From Ramazzottius varieornatus (taxonomy: Eukaryota > Animalia > Tardigrada): a stretch of DNA of 64,000 bases. Position numbers and translations under genes: made by a program. Every line of letters starts with the position of its first letter. Positions within the stretch are counted from its first letter, which is position 1. A model generated the notes under the pieces. That model saw only the letters and a program-made list of their open reading frames with translations. It was not told the DNA's origin and made no database searches. The DNA lies in NCBI GenBank assembly GCA_001949185.1, contig BDGG01000010.1, positions 28,394 through 92,393 on the forward strand. Direction: 5' to 3'. Below are positions 1 to 11,375 of the stretch, in pieces.

Positions 1-312
1 GTTCTCTGCGCTCAATGTCGTCTGGTCGGCGCCGCACTACGAATTTATTTGGGCTTCTTTATGCGGCTGTTTCTGGTCTTATCGATAGCTAGTATATTTA
101 TGTAAATACACTGATATATTTGGAATAGTACAACGCCGCCTATTCATAATGGGGAACAGGCAATAAAACGAAGAGCTAACGAAAGACTTTGGCGCTAGGA
201 ATTTTTGGTGAGAGAAACGGTCGAGGATCGAACAAACTGACGATAAGAGGCCGACAGAAACGTTCCCCGTGTATATCAGAATTCTGTCACAAGTCGTAGC
301 TGTGTCAGTTAT

Positions 313-1217
313 CTAGACCAGAGCCATGGCTTCCAACAGTTCAGTGTAGACAGGAGATTTTTGATCTTTCAATTCTAACCAGGCCTCGCTTTTCATGACA
401 TCCTGGCGTCGGCTGACTATGTATCTTTCTGCGTCCGAACGAAGCGTTTCGTCCTTCACCTCCACAGCCAACAGGTAAATCTCCACCGCATTACTTGGAA
501 GTTTTCGGTTTTTCATCAGGAAGTATGACATATCCATTATATCCTGGACCTGCAAAACAAAAGCAGTTGAGGAAAAATGCAATCAAAGCTCTACGTGACA
601 AAAAGCTAAGCTGATCTAGATTCAAAGTGTGGGTCTTTAGACCGGAACTCTGGCCAGCGTGACATTACGCTCGGTTAATTGCCATGATACAGCAGTCTTT
701 TCCCATATTTTCGTTTGGTACGGGGTTGGGTGCAAACAGCACGGCTTGATTGACCTGGACGATCAAATCGAAACTTCCCTTAAGAGTTCGTACGTACCTG
801 GAAATGATGGGCAAGACTGTAGATATCCGTGCAAAAATGGTGGAACGCGGTGCGACGGTCCTTGATGATGTCACACGACCCAGTGTAAAGTGCGTAGAAG
901 AAGTTCTTCAGAGCGACGAATGGGAATTGTCGCACGAACTGCGCCACTTCCAAAGGAGCGCCATCGACCAACTCGACTTCCGGTGTCTTCCAGGCTTCCG
1001 ACATTACGGGACTGCGTGCAACCAGAGGTAACTTGTGGAGCTTGAAAGGAACACCATCAGAGGAGTGAAGTGTAACGTCAGAAAAGTCCTTCGAACACCA
1101 CAAGCTGTTCCACATCAGTCCGGCGTTCTTTTGGCATCGCTGACGCCCGCGCTCCACGTCCGAATCTCCTCCGTCGCACATCTTGCTCGTTCCCGGTGAT
1201 ATGGATCCTCTTGGCAT
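313..1217 (-). CDS. BTB/POZ (SPOP-like BTB-BACK) domain protein, 2 exons (1217-798, 549-313)
   Basis: BTB motifs FSDVTLHSSDG..FKLHKLPLVARSPVM and FFYALYTG. A phase-0 GT-AG intron at 550-797 joins a BACK-like tail. The start Met could be 1217 or 1181. Confidence 0.85.
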
Positions 1218-1841
1218 GCTGCCTTTCTTTACACTGCAATATACTAACATCACAATCGCCACTAAATAGTACACTACACACGAGGGAATCCCAAGCCATC
1301 CACTCCAAGGAGGAAAGAAAAAAATCTGCGGAAAACAGCGAAAAGATGATGACTTCCGGTGCGTAATTATCAGATCAACTAGCGCGTAGTGTCATTGCTG
1401 TGCATGGACTGTGGCCAATCAGAGCAAACCGCCAAGATCGCTAGCTGACGAAAACACAGAAAGCATCGAAGAGTTGAGTTAGCACCCAAAGACAAAGTTC
1501 ATTTATTATTGCTTGCAAGTAAAAGACCGGAATGTCAGAGAAAAGTACAAGATAGAGACTGTGCTAAGTTTGTAAAAGCGAAATGCTACACGGTAGAGTG
1601 ACACGACACTCGTACTGGTTCTTGAAAATTGCCAAATGCATGAAACTGATTGATGAGTAGGGCAAAAAAGCGACAAACAACCCCTTGAAACGAGCTGCGA
1701 GCGCGAAAAACTAGGGAGTGGAGGGAGTGAAGCCACTTTCTGACGCTCGTGGCTGTGCACTCGTGTTGGGGTTTCGCGCTATCGAGTGCAGTATCTGATC
1801 GCAAGCCTGACTTGAGTTTGAAGGTCGGCCTGAGTATAGAC

Positions 1842-1877
1842 TATAAATAGCAATTCACCACCCAATTAAACTCAGTT
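1842..1877 (+). promoter_or_regulatory. TATA box plus initiator core promoter of the peptidase gene
   Basis: TATAAATA at 1842-1849 and TCAGTT (arthropod-type Inr) at 1872-1877, about 30 nt apart. Followed by a 5'UTR intron at 1970-2075 (GTAAGT...TTTTTCAG|ATG). Confidence 0.7.
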
Positions 1878-2075
1878 GTCTTCTGTCCCGCTTCCAGAAT
1901 GTTATACGTGTTGCGATAGCTGTCAGAAACCTGTAAAATTCATATGATCTAATCTGTACTAAATCCGAGGTAAGTCAAAGCTTTGCTCCGCTCAGTGATG
2001 GGTGTGATTGACCTTTTCGGGAAAAGAAACTGTGATGATTTGCGGCTCTAATATTAGTGCCTCGTTTTTTTTCAG

Positions 2076-2471
2076 ATGTCTCGACTAACTCATGCTGAAG
2101 CTCTCAAGCGAGTTAACGCCGCCGGAATTAGTGTTTCGTCGTCTGGAAAGTGCAGTGACCGAGGGAACCCAAAGTGCACCTCACTGGACACGATCCTGGC
2201 CAAGACCATCGATGAGATCATCGCGTTCAAACAAAAGTCTGGAAAGGTGGTGACCATCACAGGAGGGACCGAGAAAGGCCACACAGACGGCACAAAGAGT
2301 CACTACAACGGTTACAAGCTAGACATCGCCATGGACCCGGGAGTTACGGACTATATTACCAAGAACTTTACCTACCTGGGGACAACGAACGGCGGAAAGT
2401 GGAAACAGTACAAAGATGGGACCAACATCTGGACCAACGAAGGAAGCCACTGGGATATTGTCATCGCTTGA
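2076..2471 (+). CDS. Microbial-type LAS/M15-like (Hedgehog/DD-peptidase fold) zinc peptidase; HGT candidate
   Basis: 131-aa ORF with SHxxGxxxD (SHYNGYKLD) and ExxH (EGSHWD) Zn-ligand motifs and ITGGTExGH. I recall this pattern from actinobacterial and fungal proteins. Confidence 0.8.
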   Translation: MSRLTHAEALKRVNAAGISVSSSGKCSDRGNPKCTSLDTILAKTIDEIIAFKQKSGKVVTITGGTEKGHTDGTKSHYNGYKLDIAMDPGVTDYITKNFTYLGTTNGGKWKQYKDGTNIWTNEGSHWDIVIA

Positions 2472-2687
2472 AGACCTCAGAAATTCGATAGCCAAACATT
2501 TCTTCACCATTCTGTTTTGCAGCGAACTTTAAGAGCGCGGCGGAAATCATCAAACTGTTTTCCTTCAACGATTTCGCACACTTGGGAAGAACTTGGGAAG
2601 GAGTAAAACCGTGCTCCGTCGACCATAAATGAACACAGTAACAGTTTGTTTTTCGGTGTTGATAAACATGTAGGGAAGGTTCGTTGT

Positions 2688-2737
2688 NNNNNNNNNNNNN
2701 NNNNNNNNNNNNNNNNNNNNNNNNNNNNNNNNNNNNN
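2688..2737. other. Assembly gap (50 N)
   Basis: Run of N. Confidence 1.
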
Positions 2738-2779
2738 GGATGGTGAAAATGTTTCACCGCACCACACCGAAGCTTCCCT

Positions 2780-3290
2780 ATAAATATGGTCCACCAGAAA
2801 AAAAATCGAGAAAGCCTGCAATATAAATAAGGCAGATAATTATAAGTGGTTCCTCTGACGGTTGAGCGTTCAGCGGAACAAAAACGGACGCGGTTATGTC
2901 GAAGACTTGCAAGTTCCCGTACGGAGGAAGTGTGGTCAGCTCCGTATCCGCGTCAGCGGTGATAGCGGTATATGCTATAGGGAATCACGTAGTTGACATC
3001 CGCGAGAAACACCAGACAACGGACATGACCAGGAGCTACATTATCACGTTCTCGAGGTCCTCTGCTCGCTTGCAAACGTTCGACCGGCGGATGAGAAGAG
3101 CCAGCAGCCCAAAGACGATACCCGGTGGTCCGAACATCAGGAACAGATAAAAGTAGGTTACGGCACTCACGTTGCGAAAATCATCATCCTGAAGGTACAG
3201 ATGGTGGACACGCCCGGCATTCACCAGCATGAGGATGACGGCCATGAAGAACCAGCGCTTTGGAGTCTTGTTGCTGGGCCATGGACGAAT
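2780..3290 (-). pseudogene. Degenerate multi-pass membrane protein fragment
   Basis: Hydrophobic segments (WFFMAVILMLV, YFYLFLMFGPPGIVFGLLALLI, LLVMSVVWCF) continue across in-frame stops. No family recognised. Confidence 0.3.
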
Positions 3291-4350
3291 GGGTTACGAA
3301 GCGGGATGCAACAGAAAAGCACGTTCGTTCTCCGAGCGAAGGTTGGCCTGTCTTTTCCATGAGCTTAGTGGCTGCCAGTGAGTCGCAGTCTTAACTCGTA
3401 CGCAATTCTGGCGCGCGAGCTGCGAAGAAAGCTCAAAACTCAAAACTCGAAATTGTGCTGCAAAGTCGAATACACTGAAAGATCCTGTGAGACAAGGTGC
3501 GAAATGAAGGACCAAGTAGTGCGATTATGGGCAGCGGTGGACTGGCTCATGAGCTTGACGGTGCTCACCAGATCTTGGAATTATGTACGGATCCGGTGGT
3601 AATTTGTACGCATATGGGCCGCGCACTGGGGTATTAAATGATCGGAAGTTCGGCTCTGAGATTGTATTCCGTTGAAGTACAGCAACGCGTAGACAAGCCA
3701 TGAAAATCAGCTCGGCTAGAGCGTAGGAGTACTGGAGTAGAGGTAATTGAGTGATGGTTGCTGACTTCGGAGAACGGTGCACAGTAGAGAAAAAAGTCCG
3801 GATCGCCGGCGCCGCATGTGCTTCCTCGGCATTTCAAGAACAGCGGCCTTGCACCTGAGAACATCACGACTATGGCTAGCTACCTCGGATTTTGGCGATC
3901 TAACCTTATATCCAACTTGGCGTCCGCCGTCAACGGACATGACTTATTCAGTGTTTCTGAAATTTTTTTACGGTGCCTCAGTTATCTCAGACACTGCACG
4001 CTTGTATTTGTAAGAAAGAAACATGCATGGAGTTTCCGCTCGGCTCGCCTCTTCTTCCTGATGGATACTGAGCGGGAATCAGGCTGACAGCACAACTCAA
4101 CAATCAAGCGTAGCGACGAAATTGATTGTCAAAACGATCGTCCTTCAGGAAGCTTCCAAGTTCACGAGCTTTGAGCGTCGATATGTTGTCAAGGAACATC
4201 AGCCTGGTCCCGTGAGAATTTGCCCTTTTCCCTTCAGTTGCAAACTTGGCAGTTGCAAACCGGTCATATTCCTGGCACTCCCTTTAGCTTTTGAGAAACC
4301 CTAATACCGCGTTTCTTTTATACTCCTTACTCCTACTCCTCTCATCGACC

Positions 4351-4686
4351 ATGCAGATCAAGAGTGTCCTGCTGTTGGCCGTCGTGGCCCTGTCCTGCGT
4401 CTTGGCCCTCGTGTCGGCCGGTCCGAAGCACCATACTCAACGGCCCAAGCGATCGTACAACTACTACGGTGATGACGATGGCTACGACATGGCCCGCATG
4501 CGTTACAACTACGGAGACGATGTGGACAGCCTCCCCATGGCCCGCCACCGACACGGCCATGGCCACGGAGATGACACCGACATGGCCGCCCAACACTACG
4601 GATACAACCGATACGGATACGGCGACGACGAGGACATGAAGAAACAGGCCGCCGAGATGGACCGTCAACACAAGAAGGGGGGATAG
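4351..4686 (+). CDS. Secreted Tyr/His/Asp-rich repeat precursor (111 aa)
   Basis: Signal peptide MQIKSVLLLAVVALSCVLALVSA, furin-type RPKR site and four (Y/H)GDD..M repeats. Codons end mostly in C/G. AATAAA at 4943-4948. Confidence 0.85.
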   Translation: MQIKSVLLLAVVALSCVLALVSAGPKHHTQRPKRSYNYYGDDDGYDMARMRYNYGDDVDSLPMARHRHGHGHGDDTDMAAQHYGYNRYGYGDDEDMKKQAAEMDRQHKKGG

Positions 4687-5113
4687 ATGCCACCGCAACT
4701 TCCGGCCTAGCGACCCTGAGGAGCTCTACTGTCACCTAGGGCTACCAAAGACTTACCTTGTTGTGTTACCTTGTTGTATTTGTTACCTTGGAGATCTTCT
4801 CAGCTCTCGGTTTCATAAACGGCTCTCTCTCGCAAAGCTTGTTAGTCCTTGGTTGCTTGGTTCTTCGAAGGCTTAGTTCTGACGTGAAAACACTGTTGTG
4901 GGATCGAACAACTGGAAGATCCAGGAAAACGTAATTGAATTCAATAAAGTAAAAAAAATATTACTACGGTGTGGTCTGTCGAATGTTGACGACGGAAGAC
5001 CAAGGATAGATTAAACTTGAAAACTCAACAAGGTCCTCGCGGGAGAATCCGACGAAAACAATAAATATTCCAGACTAGTCCCAGATGATGTCAAGGTCTT
5101 CCTCTTGATTACC

Positions 5114-8100
5114 TTACAAACTTTCCAGCCTGGCTCTTTCGGCAGCTATGGCTTTAGTCACCATACTGTCCATCTTGTAGAACTCGGCCTTCTGCGTTCG
5201 GTCAGTCCTCATCAGGGTGATAAAGTTTAGAACGCGCAAGTTCTCCGCCTCGAAGTCGGGCGGAATCTATGGAAATTTTCAACGTTACTGATTTTAAATT
5301 GAACTGTCGATACGTTGCCAGAGAGATTTTGAAGTATCGTCGTACCTTTGGGCTGCAGGAAATCATCTGACCGCCGCTTTGTGCGAATGTCTGAGCGGCA
5401 TTGATCATCAGCTGGAACACTTGCCTTTCATGACTCGCATCCATACCCTACGAGGAAGAAAAGGGTGGAATTTAAAAGAAATCTCTAGCTGACTTCAGTG
5501 GATGTGCATTGCCAAGGCAAGCAAACTTGAGAAGATCGTTTCCCCCAAGTGGCGCATGATCTCAGCCAACAACAGGACAGCGAGCGCCACTTGGAAAAAC
5601 GATCTTATGGAGTTTGTTTCCCCAAGTGGCGCGCACTTTCAGCCAATAACAGACTAATAATTCCCATTACTTGCCTGGTTGATCTCGTCAACTATCCTGA
5701 AAGGCGCATCCGACCTCCTTTGAAGAGCCAAGAGGAAGACGGCTGTGGCGACCACCCTTTGGCCGCCACTTTGTTGATTGGGACGAAGCTCTTCCTCCTC
5801 ATCGCCTTCCCGGAACTTTACCTGTAAAAAGAAAGAACAATGAGGCTTTGTTCATTGCGCGGTCAGAAAGGGCAACGGACCTTCAGTTTCAGGCCGTATT
5901 GGTCGTACTCAAGCGGGTCCTGAGGTTGCACCAGCTGGACGCTGCCGCTGTAGTCCATTTCGTTCAGCATGTTACTGAAAGACTTGTTGATGACGTCAAT
6001 GTCATTCTGCAGCTTGGACAGCCACTGGGTCCGGAGGGCGGTCTGTGAGAGTTGCAAAACTCTTAGCTTGAATTCGAGGTTCTGTTTGTCTCGAACAAAC
6101 TCCTCTTGTTTCTTGTTCTGCTCAAGCGTTTGAGACTGAACATCACTCGAGTTCACTTTGTCGGTAGCCGAGGCCATGATGGTTGTGTGGAGGGTCCGAA
6201 GCTCTTTGGAGAGCGCGGCGGGCGTCCTCAAGGAACCGAGCTGCTGGAAGATCTGGAAAACAACGATGAGTGTTCTTTTGTAATTATCTGACTCAGAGGA
6301 ATTTTGACTGAGAAGTGTCAGACGTCGGCAGTAAACGTCGGCCAAATCGGCTTCCCACGTGGCGCACGGTCTCAAACACCTGCAGCGTGGACATGCGCCA
6401 CTTGAGAACACAACCTGGGAAAAATCATATTCGGACGTCTCATATTGAGAAATAATTAAAATGATTGTTAATTTCACAAAGTACACGCAGTTTGCCTAAT
6501 TATCGGTCGGGACAAAATTACCGGCCACCGGCCCAGATCGGCACTGCATCGATTGATTGGTTTTATTGCTCAACTTGAGCTGGCAACTGCCGTTTTCGGT
6601 CGGTGGCCGGTAGTTTTTGACCCGGCCGATAACTAGACAAGCTGCGTGATACTGTGACCATTTTCAAAAGAAAGTACTCGTTTGTAAGAAAGCCAAACTA
6701 CAAGTACAAAGTGTTTAAATACAAAATATACGTTGCCTACGTTTCTGACGTCTCCAGAGCTGCGCTCTCGATCGCAGAAGAGTTCCTTGGTCAGCGTTCG
6801 AGCTTCCTGCTTTCTTCCGTTCAGGTCTGCTTCGAGCTCGTTCGATTGGTCTATCAACTTGTCCACAACGGACTTAGTTTCAATCTTCTTTAGGCCATAC
6901 TTCATGAGGCGAGCGTGGGACCTTGAAGTGTGGAGGAGAAGACCCGTCTTCTTCACCACTTCACCGATAACATCTTGTAGTGCCTTAGTTGTTTCCTGCA
7001 GAGGAAAGTAGCAGATCACTGCTAGTTACTAACTTCATGCGCGACCATCACAAAACCTCTCAAAGGTACCTGTAGTTTTGCAAGAGGAGTATGAGCACCG
7101 TTTTCACTGGCACACAGCAACTTCAGCCGCAATCGATTTTTCTCTCGAATTTCTCTAGCCATTTCTTGCAAACGGACCAGCGAAGGCTTCAAGTCCACAT
7201 GCGACATGTTATGAATTCTGAAAAGGGAACGAAAAGCGTCAGCTTTAAGTGAGCAAAAGTAAAGATAGGACGTGGGGATTCGAACCAGCTCGTTTACTCC
7301 AGTGACGCACGTTATAGCTATGAATAGCTGGACACGTGCGCCACTTGAGAAAGCGATCTGGTTCAATTCATCTGCATACTTTCAAATAAAAATGTAAATC
7401 CGACGATCATAACAGAAAAATACTATGAAAATAAACGTGCCAAATAAAATTCAGTTCGATTCCATGACTGAGGCGCTCACTTGGTCTGCAAGGTGGCTAT
7501 ATTTCGTGTGACCTCTTCGAGTTCCTCGAGGTCGCTGCTGATCTTTTGGCTATCGTCCTCCAGAACCGCAATTTCATCGTACAAATCTGCGATCTTAGTT
7601 TCGAGCTCCCTCAGGTAGTCTTTGTACTTGTTCCTTTCGGCTTCCTTGTCATCAAACTGCGTGTTCATTTCTTGAAGCCTTTCGTTCTGTGTGGCAACGT
7701 CAGCGGTCTCATACTTCAGTAAATGAGCCTCCTTCAACGGCTGCTCGTGGATCCTTACTTCATCACTATTCACTTTGACGACCTCGTACTACAAAAATAC
7801 CAAATGAATTCCTATGATCTGAATAACTTTTATCGCCTCAATTTGAAGGCAAAAAAAGCAACAGAAAACGAACATTTCGGTTGGAGGTACAGAAACATTC
7901 AAAGTTATTTTTACCAGGTTTTGGTCAGTGCAGAACACCAGTCGGTCTTTCTCAGCACTGGCGGTCTTCCAGTAATCGATGACGATGGGTACTGAGCTAG
8001 TTTTGGGTGGTTTTTTGGTGAAGAGAATGGCCTGCGAGGTGAAGGCTTGCTGCAAGTACTGCTTCACCAAAGGTGGCGCGTCGTACATCTTGTCCAGCAC

Positions 8101-10919
8101 GGTGGAGAAGCCATACCGGCGATAATTCCTACAAGACAAACCTCGTCAGTAGTTGGGAGCTCGACACACAAAGTCGACCAACACTTTCCCAGGTGGCGTA
8201 CGCCCTCAGCCAAAGTCAATAACTACGTGCGTCACTTGAAAAAACAATCTCGTCGACTTTGTCTGCCGCGCTCACATTTCTCACCAGAATCCAGAGTAAG
8301 TTCTTGCATTGCGGAAGTGGCTCTACAGTTCATCGAAAATGGGTCTCAGTATCTAATCTGGTGAACTTACGCCAAGGTATCGTCGTCTAAAGGTGGCATG
8401 TCGATCCGGCTGCGCATGAACGCGATGGAGATCTTGCGTCCTTCTCGGACATTAAATCTCTGCATCATCGCGTTGCACGTCTCTGGAGAGTCCACCAGGA
8501 AAGACCGAAGAGTCTTGTAGCCAAAGATGGTCTCCATCGCCTTGATCGACGTGGCATCGTTGTACTTATCTTTCGGCCGAATCTGAAAAACCAAACCAGT
8601 TAACAAACGAATTCGGCATGAACACTCAACAAGATTATGTCCGAAGTGGCGCACGGTATCAGTGAGTTTGGACTTGGACAAACTCGACAAGATCGTATAA
8701 CTCAGTGGTACAAGCCTCCAGCGAGGTTACGGACAGCGTCTGCCACTTTGGATAACAACCCCTCAACTTCATTGGCCAAGCTCCCAAATATAAGTTTCAT
8801 ATTTGGTACTCCACAATGATATTTTCAAAGTTAGGGACAAATTAGGGCTTCGCTTACATGGAGAAACAAAGGACCATACACGTGGCCCTCAAAGGTTTCC
8901 GTTGCCGTACTAATTGCCTCCCACACTTTGAACACATCCTCACTCAAATGCCCGTCCCCACGTAGGTCTTCCAGTCTCCTTCTGCGATGGTGATTCGTGC
9001 CGGGAATCTTCCTCAACTCCCGTGCGATGCCTACAGCAACAACAAGAAACGATTGCGTTGAAATCAGAATGGAAAATTCTTTCGGAGACTTCACCTTTGC
9101 AAGCGTCCTCCATTTTCTTCAGTTCTTTTTTAGCTGTATCCCGTTCTTCTTCCTTCGACTCCAAGCTCGCCTTCAACTCTGCCATTTCTCTGTCTTTCTC
9201 ACTCTTTCTCTGCGTCAGGGACTCCTTCGATGCCCTCTGCGTCAGCGTGGCATTTTCTCGAGAGAGTTCTTCCCTCACTTCGGTCAATTCCTGTTCGGGG
9301 CTGTCACTCAGCGTCAGGTCCGATAGCTCGTTCATTTGACGCTGCAGCACCTCCACCGCTCCTTGCATATCACCACTTATCCTGGACTGTTGCTCCAGGT
9401 ACTCTAGAGCGGTTCGAACATTTCCGGAAGGCGGGAACTCAGGTGGCTTCTCTCGTAAAGATTTGGGGATTGTCTTGAAAGCCAGATAGCACGAGTCCGT
9501 CGCCGCTTTCCACCCTTGGAAGTTCTGTTGTTCTCTAGCCAAGTCCTGCTGCAGCGCTACCTTCTCGCTCTCTGAAGCATGAATACTCTACAAAAGAAAG
9601 AAACCTCAACGACGCGTTTGAGAGCTCGACAAACAGAACCCACAAGATCAATTATCAAGTAGCGCACACTTCCAGCTAACAAATATAGGAACGTGCGCCA
9701 TCGAGAAAGAGGATCTTATCTAGCTTTCCAACTGGCGCACGCTTCCTGCCTATATTACCGAAAACATACGCCACTTGGAGAAAACAGTCCCCGCTTATGT
9801 TGAGGTGAACCTAAAGCTTACCTGGATAAGAAGTTTCAGCCGGACAGCCATCATCTTCTCAAACCTCTCGCTTCTTTCGCGTAGCTTCTTGGCTGCTTTT
9901 TCGGTTTCACTCTGCTTTAGAATCTGCGGTTCGTTAGCGTCTCTCATTTCTCTAAGCTTGTTGTCGGTGTCGATCCACGATTTCCGTCGTTCGACGAGCT
10001 CGTTGTGCATCTCCCACACTTCTTTTGCCAGCTACAAAAAACACTCTAGGCTGCAAAGCCTCGGCGAAGCGAAGGAGGAGGAGCAGGTACCGATTGTTCG
10101 GCGCATTTGAGCAATTCGAAAGGTTTGAGATCGAAAAGATCGGCAATGCGATCTTGCAACAGGAACAAAGACAGGTTTTCCGGCACAATCCGAAATTCCT
10201 CTTTCAGTCGAGCACGGTACTCATGGAACTTTTTTGGTTTTCCGTTGATGAAAAACTCATTGTTTGGAGTTCTTTCATTCTTGGATTGCCTGTAGATGGT
10301 TCGTGCGAAACGAGTTTGTCCTTTAGGATGATCCGGATTATGTCTGGAAGAAAGGACCACTTAATCGGCGTTTCTATGTGCATGTCGCCTGAAACAGCGG
10401 TGCGCAAGCACGTTGACACAACCTACACCGCGCGCTATTACGCACAAAGCAAACGTACGCAACATGCAGACATGGACTTACGTACAAAGTCAGTTCGATT
10501 TCTGCTCGGTCGATTCCCGCGCCTCGTTTGACCAAGTCCCCATATACATTTCCCCGTCTCAAGAACTTGGCGCGTGATCCACAACACAACGCAATTGCGT
10601 TGACGATGGAGCTTTTCCCAAAGCCATTTGGTCCGGAGATGATATTGATGGATGGCTCAAAATAGAAATAGAGTGGAGCTGGAGCTTTCCGGCTACTTGG
10701 ACCAGGCTGTGTCTCGCCAAAAGTTCTGGAAAACAATTCGTAGTCGTGGGTCAGTCATTTACACACGAAGAAGTAGACTCACAGAAAGTTTCTGATGGCA
10801 AGCCGTTTGATAGCGCCTTTCTTGAATACAGGGGAGGAATGTATGAACAATTTGATGTCTCCTTTAGTGTCCACATCGTCGTCCGCTTCCATGGGCAGTG
10901 TGCCGTTCCCCTCCTCCAT
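5114..10919 (-). CDS. SMC5: Structural maintenance of chromosomes protein 5, about 15 exons
   Basis: N-terminal GAIKRLAIRNFLTF, Walker A GPNGFGKS, NLSLFLLQDR, coiled coils, hinge (HVYGP; YGF..LDKMYDAP), signature QSGGQR and Walker B/D-loop FRIVDEINQGMD. Stop at 5114-5116. Confidence 0.9.
5532..9788. repeat. ~80-bp hairpin repeat (AAGTGGCGCA...TGCGCCACTT) in six SMC5 introns
   Basis: Copies at about 5532-5636, 6345-6412, 7289-7359, 8183-8250, 8631-8757 and 9644-9788, all intronic. Confidence 0.85.
6496..6636. mobile_element. Palindromic MITE-like element in an SMC5 intron
   Basis: ~40-bp imperfect terminal inverted repeats CTAATTATCGGTCGGGACAAAATTACCGGCCACCG / CGGTGGCCGGTAGTTTTTGACCCGGCCGATAACTAG. 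Confidence 0.6.
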
Positions 10920-11106
10920 TCTCCCAGCTTCTCAAACGCTTCTCCCTGTCCAGACGACCAATGCGGCAACACAGGTCACATACCAGAAGCTAACTCAGTG
11001 CATGTTCTGGGAACGACAGCAGTCATGAGCTGCCAAAAGGGGCCTCCACTTGCACACGGCCTGCCAAAACCGCAAGCCGTCGAAAACGACGTTTGGTTAG
11101 TCATTA

Positions 11107-11375
11107 TAGAGATTAAGTTGCCACTCCCGTTCACTTTGCAACTGTAGCTACGGCCTTGCTCCGCCCCTTTCGTGACGTGTAACTACATTTTGCTTTCCGG
11201 AGCTCCCCTTATTTTCGAAAAATAGCGTAATCGGAGTTACGGTTGGCTAGCATTGGGAAGCATGGTGGCTGCCCAACTATTCAAAGTTCTGATCAGCTGC
11301 TGCGCTTATGAGTGACGTTGCAACTTAACTTAGCTACAGTGGAACTTTCATCTGGCGGTGGCAACTTAATGTCTA
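11107..11375 (+). mobile_element. ~270-bp MITE, copy 1, just upstream of SMC5
   Basis: TIRs TAGAGATTAAGTTGCCAC / GTGGCAACTTAATGTCTA. A highly similar reverse-complement copy lies at about 61094-61362. Confidence 0.85.

Noticed and set aside
7270-7295. GGTTCGAATCCC B-box/T-loop motif on the minus strand suggesting a tRNA
   Set aside because: The T-stem does not pair, and no cloverleaf or A-box is evident.
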